The notes below the pieces were generated by a model. The model did not search any database and was not told the DNA's origin. It was given only the letters and a program-made list of their open reading frames with translations. DNA of 64,000 nt, from assembly GCA_002269645.1 (NCBI GenBank), contig NIVC01003037.1, positions 1 to 64,000 of the forward strand, read 5' to 3'. Positions 22,357 to 34,700 of the stretch are shown here, piece by piece (the first letter of the stretch is position 1; the number at the start of each line of letters is the position of its first letter). The DNA is from Macrostomum lignano (taxonomy: Eukaryota). A program made the translations under genes and the position numbers.

Positions 22357-25300
22357 TTAAGAACAAGCGCCAACAGTTCCAGACCCAACCAGCTCCATCA
22401 GTTGAGTCCGAGTAGCAGCGTCCAACGATTCGAATAGTCGCTTAGTCGCCTCGTTGCCTAGCGACGAATTCAAAGCTAGCAGCTCCCTGCGCAGATGCTC
22501 CTGCACTGAAAGTCGCTGGACACAATCGGCCGCGTTAGCCAGCATCTTTCGAACCTCGTGACTAGATTTGTCTTCTTCTTGCTGTTGCTGTTGTTGCTGC
22601 TGTTGTTGCTGCTGCTGCTGTAGACCATCCGAAGCGTTATCAGCAGTGCCGGAGCAGTGAACCAACACGCCGACAACTGCTTCAATTATGTCGGCAAACA
22701 CAGCGCCAGCTGAGTCAGTCTGATTATTATTAACAAGAGCTGCAAAGCCGAAAGCCAGCAGCCCTAATCCGAGCAGTTTCAAATCCCGCAGTTTAGCCGA
22801 ACGTTTACAAGCTGCAATCCAAGCGGCCAGGAGAGCCGATGGCAACGCTTGGCTGGACTGCGACGGCAGAGCGGCCAGCAGCAGCAGCGGCTGACTGAGA
22901 GCCACCCGGCTCACCAGCTTCCAGAAGGCCACCCGATTGGCGGCCAGGCAAGAAGAAGCGGAGGCTGTGTCCAGGCAAAAGCTGGATAGTAGGCCCGGCA
23001 GTAGGGGGACCAGCAGCTGGGCAGATGGTTGAGGCGACACCTGCAGAGACAGATTGGCGATTCAATGGGACAGAGTAGTTCCCATCACGACCCCTGGTTC
23101 GATTCCGTGCATGCCTGAGATAATTTATCGCTCAGGTGTCTATTAATCTTTCTAGATAAGACTCACCTTTAGCAAATCGTTGCACAGCAGCAGAGGCTGC
23201 AGGCGGCGCTCTGAGCAGCAGCCCGGCACGGCTAGGCAAGCTTGGCAGGCTGCCAGCAGAGCGGCGCCGTGAGCGGCCAAGTAGCGATCGCAGTCAAGGT
23301 AGGCGCACACCTGCAGCAGCCTGCGCTCCGGAGATTCCATGCAGGCGCGCTCGGCGATGCGAGAGTGCAGACAGGCCAGGCTCTGAGCGAAGCAGTCCTG
23401 GGTTGGCGGGGATGGCGATTATTGCTTAGAGGTGGACAGTAGTTTAAAAGAGGTGGTTGGTGCCGGTATGTATCGAAATCATTTAAGAGAAAGAAGAAAA
23501 AGTGGGACAATGAAGGCGAGGGGGGAGGGTGAAAGGGTAGAGAGAGAGAGAGAGAGAGAGAAGAGTGTGAGAGGGGGAGGGGAGAGGGTGAGTGGAGAGG
23601 GCAGATGGTGAGAGGAGATATGATGATAGGAGGGAGGGCAAAGGGTGAGAGGGAAGAGAAGAAGAGGGTGAGAGGGGAGAGTGAGAAAGGAGAGGGTGAG
23701 GGGAGAGGGCAGATGGTGAGAGAAAAGAGAGGAGAGGGTGAGAGGGGAGAGGATGAGAAGGGAGAAGGTGAGAGGGAAGAGGGTGAGAGGGAAGAGGGTG
23801 AGAGGGAAGAGGGTGAGAGGGAAGAGGGTGAGAGGAGAGCGGATAGGGAATGGGGTGAGTGGGTGAGAGAGGAGAGGGTGAGAGAGGAGATAGTGAGAAG
23901 GGAGAGGGTGAGAGGGGAGAGGGTGAGTGGAGAGGTTGATGTGAGAGGAGAGAAGATGAGAGGGTGACAAAGCCGCACCTGTTCAGGATAGGTGTGCAGA
24001 TGGCAGAGCAGGTACAGCAGCAGGTGCAGGCCGCCCTCCCAGAACAGGTCAGGCCCGGTGAGGCAGGCGTGGGCCAGAGGCAGGGCCAGATGGCCCAGGC
24101 TGAGATCGCCCAGCTTGGCAAGCTCGCACAGTACGGACAGCACGGCTAGGCGGGCCTGGTCCCCTCCAGCCGAGTCCCACATGCCCGGCAGGTGCGGCAC
24201 AAGAGCTGGCAGGCAGGGCCGCAGGTCCGCTACTGAATATCTGGAAATGATTTTGCAAAACCATAAATTTGATAATTGTTCAACACAACAGATCATCACA
24301 TTCACATAGTATTTAATTGTTCGCATGGGGCTTTAGGGGAACTGGGCATATCACACAATGTACATTTCCCCATCTACCTCTGTCTCGCCGTCTACCTCTC
24401 CCAGTCTCACCCTATCTACCTCTCCCAGTCTCACCCTATCTACCTCTCCCAGTCTCACCCTATCTACCTCTCCCAGTCTCACCCTATCTACCTCTCCCAG
24501 TCTCACCCTATCTACCTCTCCCAGTGTCACCCTATCTACCTCTCCCAGCTTCAACTTATCTACCTCTCCCAGTCTGTTTCTATCTACCACTCTCATTCCC
24601 TCCCTATCTACGAGTCGTACCTCTCTATCTCGCTCTCACCTGAGAAAGCTGGCCACCACAGTGAGCAGGTGCACCTGGGCCTGATCAGACCTGACCTGGG
24701 CCAGCAAACCAGCCAATCCGCTGAAGCAGTCGGCAGCGTGAGGCTGGAAAGCGTTAGCATCCAAATTCAAGCTGGTCAACAGAGAGTGAGCCAGCCTGGC
24801 AGCTTGCAATCTCAACAGCGGATGCCTGCTAGGCGACATCAGACTGGCCGCTGACTGACAAGCAGCGCCAAACAATTCCGTTGGCAAAGCGTCTGGCACA
24901 TCGGCCCAAGCTGCTAGCAGCATCACAGCTCGGCGCTTCAATAATAGCGACCATTGATGGTTAGATTCGTCGTCTACTTGCAGTAGCATAGGCAGTATAT
25001 TGCATGCCTGGCATAGGTCAGGAAATCTGACGCATTTGGCCAGATCGTACGGACAGGAGGCTAACAGGGTCAGGGTGGCTTCCAGTTCGCGCGGAGACGC
25101 GGTTGAGTTGGCTGCCGAGTTCAGCTGCGCCTCAACGATGCGTTGCACCGCAGCTAGAGCTCGTTGCGGCAGCTCTTGTAGCAGCGACTGGAGCAGGGCC
25201 TCGCCGGCGTGCCGGCCGGACAACAGATGGGCCTGGGGTGAGGGAGGCATGGACGGCTTTTGAAGCTATATAGACACCTGGATAGGAAAGCATCTTGTTG

Positions 25301-27525
25301 TAGTGACAAGCCTGATGTAAAGAACTTAATAGTTTGCAAGAAATACTCATATTTAATCTCAACCTCTTAATTGATTGTAGTCATCAATTATAGTCATTAA
25401 TTGGTTGGTAATCAGATGGTAAGATCGTATGAGTATGACAGCGTTGGTTGGCAACCTTAGTGATGGCGCCTCTGGTGATGGCACCTCTGGTGATGGCACC
25501 TCTGGTGATGGCACCTCTGGTGATGGCACCTCTGGTGATGGCACTTCAGGTAATGGTGCTTCTGGAGATGGCGCCTCTCGAGATGGCGCCTCTGGTGATG
25601 GCGCCTCTCGTGATGGCGCCTCTGGTGATGGCGCCTATCGTGTTGGCGCCTCTGGTGATGGCGCCTCTGGTGATGGCGCCTCTGGTGATGGCACCTCTGA
25701 TGATGGCACCTCTGGTGATGGCACCTCTGGTGATGGCACCTCTGGTGATGGCACCTCTGGTGATGGCGCCTCTGGTGATGGCGCCTCTGGTGATGGCGTC
25801 TCTGGTAATGGCGCCTCTGATAACGCCATAGAAATCAACCCCCCCACCTCATTCCAATGAAAGCTGCTGGCTACACTGATGCCGCCAAGATTTGCTCACT
25901 TTTTCCGGAGTCTGAGCGAATACAGCCTCATCAGGTTGAGTCAGAGCTTCGTCTAACTCATCGCTAGTTGAAGCGAGATGACGGCGGAGCAAGCCGAGCA
26001 CGAGGGCGTCGAGTGCGGCATCCGTTAGCAGCTCATTGAGAGTCTGACTTGCTTGATGCAGTTGATCGCCAGCGTCTATTGGGGAGGAGGGGAGGAGCGA
26101 GAAGTGCCTTAGGATTCACAGAATTCTGAGCACAACACGCAGACATGCACCCTGACTTTCTAATGGTCAGACATGTACACTCACTCAGCCTTGGGGAGTT
26201 GACCATCATCATCGAGCGACGTTAGAGTCGCGTTAAAAACTAGACAACTCACCTGGGGCAGGGGAACCATAGGACTGCACGCACTGCGATATGAGATTGA
26301 GGCATTGTACATTGATACGCCTGTCCCTGTACTCGGCGCTACTATCATTGTTTGGCCAATTCGCATCGCTACCAAACGAAATGCCAACGGCCAGTTTCAC
26401 TGCCGGCTCCATCAGCTGGGCGAAGGCTTGCGGCGCGTGAGTTTGACAGCGTAACAATAGGCGGCCCAGAGAAGTCACTAATGGTTCCAAAGGAGCATCA
26501 GGACTGTTCAAGGCCAGGGTTGGCAGGCATTCGATGACGCAGCCTAACAGACTGACTGGCGAGTTGTCGCCAGACGGTGTACTTAGAGAGGCTAAGCCGT
26601 GGCTAATCAGGTTGGTGCAGCACTTGGTGTACAGTACGGTGCACCAGATGTCGCAGGATGGGGCCGCTCCGGTGCTGCAGCTGAGGATTTAGGTGACGGT
26701 TGGTACAGGTGAGGGGCGGTATAGGTGACGTTGGTACAGGTGAGGGGCGGTATAGGTGACGTTGGTACAGGTGAGGGGCGGTATAGGTGACGTTGGTACA
26801 GGTGAGGGGCGGTATAGGTGACGGTTGGTACAGGTGAGGGGCGGTATAGGTGACGGTTGGTACAGGTGAGGGGCGGTACAATTGACGGTTGGAATAGATG
26901 AGTGGCGGTACAGGTGACGGTTGGAAAAGTGAGGGGCGGTACAGGCGTTCATAGCTGGTATTTACCTAGCCGCTAGCGATTGCAATCTGGGCACCAATCG
27001 GCCAATCAGAAACGGAACCAGATCGCAACTAACCGAACGAAACTGCTGCCTATGCTTTGGCAAAGTTTTCGACATCAACGCTTTAACAATGTGATGAAGC
27101 AATAATAGGCTACGCGATTGCCATTGCTCATTGCCAGCTGTGCTAGGATCGGTCAAGCAGGCGCTCAAACTAGTCATTAGGTCGGGCCAACGCTCCGGCC
27201 AATCAAATCTGGCCACCAAGCCGGCCGTCATGGCCAGCTGAGTGGCCGCCGGCAACTGCTGACTGTGCAGTCGCAGAGCAGCCTCGCGGATGAGACTTTT
27301 ATCCTCCGGCGTCACTTTGAATCGCCACCGGAGCCTCACTAGATTTTTAATACAAATCGACGCTAATAGGCGAACTTCGTTGCTAGGATGTTCGGCGATT
27401 ATTGGCAATAGTTCGGCTACGAAGTTTGGCGATGACTGCATCGACTCGAGCTCCTCTAGGCGGGGCACGTGACCTTGGTTAACGACGCTGCTGCACCAGG
27501 CGGCAAGACTGCCGGAGTTCAGCAT
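22357..27525 (-). CDS. IPO11: Importin-11, ~977 aa. Exons 27525-26966, 26680-26253, 26075-25900, 25232-24640, 24240-23979, 23397-23167, 23040-22357
   Basis: IBN_N-like VRLLASICIKNLVRLRW, ARFDWPERWPDL, LKRRAVMLLAAW, FWEGGLHL, RFESLD-like tail. All six introns are GT-AG with matching phases; exon total is 2934 nt = 978 codons, close to the known IPO11 length. Confidence 0.88.
23515..23965. repeat. Purine-rich GA low-complexity tract in IPO11 intron 5
   Basis: GAGAGGGTGAGAGGGAA-type repeats. Confidence 0.9.
24380..24570. repeat. Minisatellite, 24-bp unit, ~8 copies, IPO11 intron 4
   Basis: TCTCCCAGTCTCACCCTATCTACC repeated. Confidence 0.93.
25460..25820. repeat. Minisatellite, 15-bp unit, ~24 copies, IPO11 intron 3
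   Basis: GATGGC(A/G)CCTCTGGT repeated. Confidence 0.95.
26690..26940. repeat. Minisatellite, 31-32-bp unit, ~8 copies, IPO11 intron 1
   Basis: GGTACAGGTGAGGGGCGGTATAGGTGACG(G)TT repeated. Confidence 0.93.
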
Positions 27526-27724
27526 GCCGGCTTCAGAGCTCTATTTATTATCTAGCAGTTGCCGTTTTTGTAATTTTAAGTTACGGTAACAACATGAAAT
27601 TTATTAGGTTTAATGTTATAACTATTTAATGCAGCTGAGAGACTGAGAGGCCCTATAGGGATCAGAAGGACTTAAGAACTGGGATATTCTAAAGAAAATA
27701 AGGACCTATGGAATTTATGGATAG

Positions 27725-28450
27725 ACCATAGAATGGGGAATTAAGAAACTGGGATATTCCTCACAGTGGGGAATTAAGAAACTGGGATATCCCTCACACT
27801 GGGGAATTAAGAAACTGGGATATCCCTTACAGTGGGGAATTAAGAAACTAGGATATCCCTCACAGTGGGGAATTAAGAAACTGGGATATCCCTCACACTG
27901 GGGAATTAAGAAACTTGGATATCCCTCACAGTGGGGAATGAAGAAACTGGGGTATCCCTCACAGTGGGGAATGAAGAAACTGGGATATCCCTCACAGTGG
28001 GGAATGAAGAAACTGGGATATCCCTCACAGTGGGGAATGAAGAAACTGGGATATCCCTTACAGTGGGGAATGAAGAAACTGGGATATCCCTCACAGTGGG
28101 GAATAAAGAAACTGGGGTATCCCTTACAGTGGGGAATGAAGAAACTGGGATATCCCTCACAGTGGGGGATGAAGAAACTGGGATATCCCTTACAGTGGGG
28201 AATGAAGAAACTGGGATATCCCTCACAGTGGGGAATAAAGAAACTGGGGTATCCCTCACAGTGGGGAATGAAGAAACTGGGATATCCCTTACAGTGGGAA
28301 TTAAGAAACTGGGTTATCCCTCACAGTGGGGAATTAAGAAACTGGGTTATCCCTTACAGTGGGGAATTAAGAAACTGGGTTACCCCTTACAGTGGGGAAT
28401 CAAGAAACTTGGATATCCCTCAAAATGGGGGAATTAAGAAAGTGGGATAT
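27725..28450. repeat. Minisatellite, 33-bp unit, ~21 copies, between IFT43 and IPO11
   Basis: GGGGAAT(T/G)AAGAAACTGGGATATCCCT(C/T)ACAGT repeated. Confidence 0.96.
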
Positions 28451-28766
28451 TTCATGGAAACATAAATTTTTGATAAAATGAATACAAAGGGAATGAAAGA
28501 CAATAAAAAAGCAATACTTAAAAGTATAATTTGCTCACAAACTAAAAATTGAAGCAAAGAAATAATTTCAAGGACAGTATTTATTTACATGTATATAGTT
28601 AAAGTAACTTATTTCCAAAAAAAGAGAAATTGCAAGCACAGCCTTAATTTCAGTTTGTAAACAGTGTTAACAGTTTTGGACGGAATTGAAGCTTATATCT
28701 GGTCGTTTAGTCATCAAGTCATTAAAGCGATGAAGCCACGTGTCTGCGCCCGACATCTTGAGGCTG

Positions 28767-31700
28767 CTACTTGACCGGAACAGCTGTTGCTGTTGCCTCA
28801 TCGGAAGCCGAACCGGAAGCAGCAGTCGGTGGTGCAACCGGGCCAACATCTTGGTCGCCTGTGTCGACTAGAAGGTCACCGGTGACCTCTGCGAACAATC
28901 TGTCCCAGTCCCAGTATTCGTCCGGCTCCTGCAGGTCTTGGTCGGCGGCCAAACACCGGGTTAGAAGTTTCAAATCGATCTCATTGTCCTGCGGGGTGGA
29001 TGGCTATTCCATTGATTGCTTGCAATATGCTGTTTGCAATGCGATTAAGGGCGATTCTTAAATTGGTTTAGGGCGATTCTCAGAAACTTAGAGTGAAGAC
29101 ATTTTTTCAAAGGATCGAAGCTGATATTTTGTTAAGAAAATAACCCGACTTATATTTGACACAGCTAAAAGTACAAACCAGAGTTGCAAATGAAGCGTGC
29201 CGATTAAGGTCGAAATCTAATTCGCGATAAGTGGCCACACGATTGACGGCGATGCTAAAATGTGTGTATAAATTGTAATTAATAAAGCTATAAAAATATG
29301 CTCGTATTTAAATGTCTCAAAGTAAAGGCTTGACAAAATACCTCGGCGCCTTTGCCATCTCGGGCGGTTCGTTTACTGATGACGCAACAGGCGCTTCCTC
29401 CTTCAACTCCGGTATAGCGGCAGCGCCTGAAAGTTCAGTTTGCACTTTTATATTTTATCATATATACAAACTAGCTCTGAGAATAACTGATACGAGCGCT
29501 AGAGACCAACGTTTCGCAACAGACTTCGTGTACATTTTGGGAGAGAAATACAGATAACCCTAGCTTGATTGAGGCCCCAAGCACCCCATTCTGTGTGTAC
29601 ATTGGGGGAAGGGAATACAGATAACCCTAGTATGATTGAGGCCCAAGCACCCCATTCTGTGTGTACATTGGGGAAGGGAAATACAGATAACCCTAGTATG
29701 ATTGAGGCCCCAAGCACCTCATTCTGTGTGTACATTGGGGGAAGGGAAATACAGATAACCCTATTATGATTGAGGCCCCATGCACCTCATTCTGTGTGTA
29801 CATTAGGGGAAGGGAAATACAGACAGTCTTGGTACGATTTAGTCGTATTGGAATTAAGATAATGTTTAAGTTTAGAAAGTGCACACACACGGCAAAATTT
29901 TCAATAAAATTACGAATTTCAATCAAAGAGATGAACATTGTTAGGTGATTGTAAAATTTTAGGGAACTTTTGCGAATCTGTATCCAAGTAACGCGCTGGG
30001 TGGTTTTAAGTAAAAGTGAAAAAAATGTTAATAATATATAGTTTAAAAGTCTGAATTAATTAAGAATGAAGAAATCGTTGACAATATTAGAGAAACTACT
30101 ATTTTAAATGCAATACGAAACACACTGCAATCAAGTTGTAGTTTGTACTACCGGTGAGACGAATAATGAATAAAAAAAGGTTAATGAAAAGACTCGAACC
30201 TCCATCGTCTGAAAAAGTAGTGAACATTTTTTTCATTTTAGCCACATTAACGAAGTATATGACTGCTTAACTCAATGCCAATAAATGATCAATACAAAAC
30301 TAATCAAAATTAATTTAAATTCTTACCATCCGAGTCGGAGAATCGTTTCTCCCTGAATTTGTCGCTAAAATGAAAAAAGTAATTAGAAATGAATTAACTA
30401 TATTGTTAATCTTAAAGGTTTTGCAAAAATGCCCACCCCACGGCAATTTAAACAACACAGTCTGTGTCTTGCGACAGACGATAAACGTATATTTTGAGTA
30501 CTTTGTTGCTTGCTAATTTGCGTGCTTAATATTAATTAAGGATTAATAATAGTACGTGCTCAATAATTCATCCCAAGCAGTGTTACTTGTTTCCGAAATG
30601 GCAAAAACAAAATGATGAAGCCAAATACTGAATTATAATATAGCAACTATTCCTCCCCTATATAAACAGTAAAAAATGTAAATTTTCTGGGATTAAAAAG
30701 GCAAAAAAATAGGTTAGCGGCCGTGGCTAGCAAATTGACCGACAAAAATCGATTCGAGTCACAGCACCACACAGAGCAATAAAGTGGGCCACTAAGGACA
30801 GAAAAAAGTACAAATTTAAGCTGGGTTAAGAACCGCTGGGAGGAGAGTGGGTGAAGAAAGCGCGACAAGAGGGCACAATAGACTTAGGCGGGGTGTACAA
30901 GCCCGGCCTGCAAAACGGGTCCCACTACGTGCCCTAAAGCCGGTTTGCACCATCACAAGCTCCAGTGCAAACCGAAACAGGAGTGGCTGACTGGCCCATA
31001 AAATCGATAAAATTCACACCATTCAAGCCACAGCCGCTCGCAGACAGACTCTCAGAGCAATTAACCGAGGCCAGTAAGGTTAAGGGAGTGACTGACTGTC
31101 TAAACCATAAAATAGATAAAATTCACACCATTTAAGCCACAGCCTTTCGCAGACAGATTCTCAGAGCAATTAACCGAGGCCAGTAAAGTTAAGGGAGTGA
31201 CTGATTGTCTAAACCATAAAATCGATAAATTCACACCATTCAAGCCACAGCCGCTCGCAGACAGACTCTCAGAGCAATTAACCGAGGCCAGTAAAGTTAA
31301 GGGAGTGGCTGACTGTCTAAACCATAAAATCGATAAATTCACACCATTCAAGCCACAGCCGCTCGCAGACAGACTCTCAGAGCAATTAACCGAGGCCAGT
31401 AAAGTTAAGGGAGTGGCTGACTGTCTAAACCATAAAATCGATAAATTCACACCATTCAAGCCACAGCCGCTCGCAGACAGACTCTCAGAGCAATTAACCG
31501 AGGCCAGTAAACTTAAGGGAGTGACTGACTGTCTAAACCATAAAATCGATAAATTCACACCATTCAAGCCACAGCCTCTCGCAGACAGACTCTCAGAGCA
31601 ATTAACCGAGGCCAGTAAACTTAAGGGAGTGACTGACTGTCTAAACCATAAAATCGATAAATTCACACCATTCAAGCCACAGCCTCTCGCAGACAGATTC

Positions 31701-34700
31701 TCAGAGCAATTGAGAGTTGGTACATGCAGACAAAAAAATTATAATTTCTGTAAACAAGACATTGAATTTCTTCAGTAATTATTTGAATGCATATTTTTAA
31801 ATATATATCTAGAAACAAACAAATAAAAAACAGCAAATTGTAGAGCAAAGCTAGTTGCACCTATCAATAAAAGATCATATCACATATCATTGTGCCCGGA
31901 TATGTATTTCTATCTTCATCGAAAGCAAAGCGAGTGTACCCAAAATAGCATAATAAAATAATGCATAAATATCTATACAACGAACATAGTAAGCACCACG
32001 GCACAAAATGGCATTAACTAAATACGAACTGGGGTTTCATTGAACGCTCCACAGAGTCAATTAGATGATCAAATCTCCTGCAAATTAGTTACATTTACGC
32101 CTATATTTCGATATGAAAAGAAATTTAGCATAAGTTGATTAACAAAAATCAACGGAGTCTGTAAATCTAATATTTTCAGATTTTTTATTCACCTAATTAT
32201 TTGCTACATTTCAGACAATTAAGCCAGCAACAGCAACTCACTCTCCAAGTTCGTCGTCGGCACGACGACCGCCGCTACCAGCCGTCCTGGGCGGCTCGTC
32301 TCCCCAACCGCCGCGTCGCTTTGGCTGTACAAGGTGAGGGGAGTGAGGCAGATTGCGTACCTGTGGTGTGACTGGCTGCGATTTTAAATGGGGACCGAGG
32401 AGAGATTCTTGGAAGGGTTGAGGGGCGATTCTCGTAGAGTTTGAGGCATTGAGGGTGATTCATGACGTCGCAGAGGGCCAATTCTCGGGAAAATTTGAAA
32501 GGCAAATCCTGGAGGCTATGGGGCGATATGCTTCGAAGAATAAGGAGATATTGGATCAAAATCAAATAGGAAAAAATTAAATCAGACTTACAGCAGCTCC
32601 GCCATCGGCAGTGGTGCCGCCAGCTGAATCCTCTTCTTCATTGGCACGCCGGCCCATTCTGGCTTTCTATTAAATGGATTGAAAATGAAATAACTGTCAG
32701 TAATGTTAATGGCTAATCATCTCTACCTATAAAAATCAAAACTCTGTCTGTCTGTGTGTCTGTGTACAAATTTGATCGCTATGGACTCCATTTGTACCGC
32801 TCGACCGCCCGACCAACTGAGACCAAATTTTGCACCCGCCCTAAACTTACTACGGAGAATGTCTTAGGCTACCTTAAAATTTCCTAAACTCAAGTCTTCT
32901 TCCTACCTAAAAGTGCAAAAAACTGCTCAAAATTCGCGATTTTTTTTACTAAATCCTCCATAGCGCCGCTCCACTTCTACCGATCCTCTTCAAATTTAAC
33001 ACAATTAATCTTCAACTATTTTGACACAATCGTGTAAAATTCGAGTCGGAAAGTTAATCCTGAAAGGCGCTGTGCACTTTTAAAGTTGGGCTGTTTTTTC
33101 AGCGAGGCAGCCACCCCAACCTCCGCCCGCCTGCCTCTCTTTCCCGATCTGGGCAAAGGGTGTAAATAGGTTTAAAATGACTAAATTTCGGCTGCCATAA
33201 GTTTGCTCCACGTGAAGCGATTGACTTCAAATTTGACACAATTCTCTATTGACTCATTCTCTATCTAAATGTAAAGTCTCAATTCTGTATCTCAATCAGG
33301 ACGGAAACTGTAAGCATGTGAAGTTTTTCTGCTTTTTCTGTTGTTTGTGCCGCTAAATCACTCTCACTCATTCCTCCCGCCCAGACGAAGGATCAGGCGA
33401 TAGGGCTCAATGTACATAGCGAATGTAGAGTGTTTTGGAATAACTTTTTAATAGCCTTCTCTGCACCCCGCGAGTGGAGAGGCGTGAGAGGAGAGACAGT
33501 TTAGCGAGAGATTCAAACCACTGTCCTCTGAATAGACAAAGTCTGCAGCAGTTAAACAAGGATGACAATTAGCAAATCAAGGCGATGTGGGATGGTTTGT
33601 AAAAATAGAGAAAAATTAATGAATAACTGATTACAATGCAATCCTACTAAATTAGTTACACCATGAAAATTTTAACATTAAGATTCGCATAAGGTACTTT
33701 AAAATTTAAATGGCCTCCTAAGAAATGTGTATTTCCTTGGTTGTTAGACTGCTGCAGACTGTGGTGGAGCTGAAGATACACAAATTCTTTACAGGGCTTG
33801 CAAATTGGCAAGAAAGATGACATGATCAAAGCATGAGAACAGCCATGAGAGTACTATATCCCACAAACTGGCTTTCCAAGCAGGAATGGGCAGACTTTTA
33901 CCTCAAAGGCCAGAAAAGAATCCAGCTTATGGCTGAGGGGGCAGTTGAGAGTAGGGATTCCAAAATCCCGACATTTTACAATCCCGGGATTGAATAGTCC
34001 CGAAATCCCGATGCTGTTGAAATCCCGGGATTCAAAATCCCGGAATCCCGGTGCTTTTGCAATCCCGGGATTAAAAATCCCGGGATTCGATTCCCAAAAA
34101 AATCCCGGGATTCAAATCCCGGATTTTTGGCCCCAATCCCGGGATCCCGGGATCCCGGGATTGGAATCCCTAGTTGAGAGTGGAGAGAAGGAATAGACTA
34201 TTCGAAAAGAGGGGAGAGGTGAGAGAGTGAGGACGATGAAAGGAGAGAGTAGAGAGGAGAGAGTAGAGAGGAGAGAGTAGAGATGAGAGAGTAGAGAGGA
34301 GAGAGTAAAAGAGCGAGTAGAGAGGAGAGAGTAGAGGAGCGAGTAGAGAGAAGAGAGTAGAGGAGCGAGTAGAGGAGCGAGTAGAGAGGAGAGAGTAGAG
34401 AGTAGAGTAGCGAGTGGAGAGGAGAGAGTAGAGTACCGAGTGGAGAGGAGAGAGTAAAGTAGCGAGTGGAGAGGAGAGAGTAGAGAGGAGAGAGCAGAGA
34501 GCTGCAGATGAGAGGAGAGCAGAGAGAAGAGCAGAGAGGAGTTAGTAAGAGGAGAAAGGAGAGATGAGAGAGTAAATGGAAGAGAGAAGAGATAAGGTTG
34601 TACAGATGAGAGAGGTGTAAGGAGAGATGAGAAATGAGCGATGAGAGATAAAGGAGGAGAGTGGAGAGAGAAGAGACGAGACAATAGAGGGAGAGAGTAT

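Noticed and set aside
26500-26545. Suspected frameshift in IPO11 exon 2 (the ORF track starts only at 26511)
   Set aside because: Re-reading gives GAA TGC CTG CCA ACC CTG GCC TTG AAC in one frame. The exon is 428 nt (1+426+1), consistent with both splice phases.
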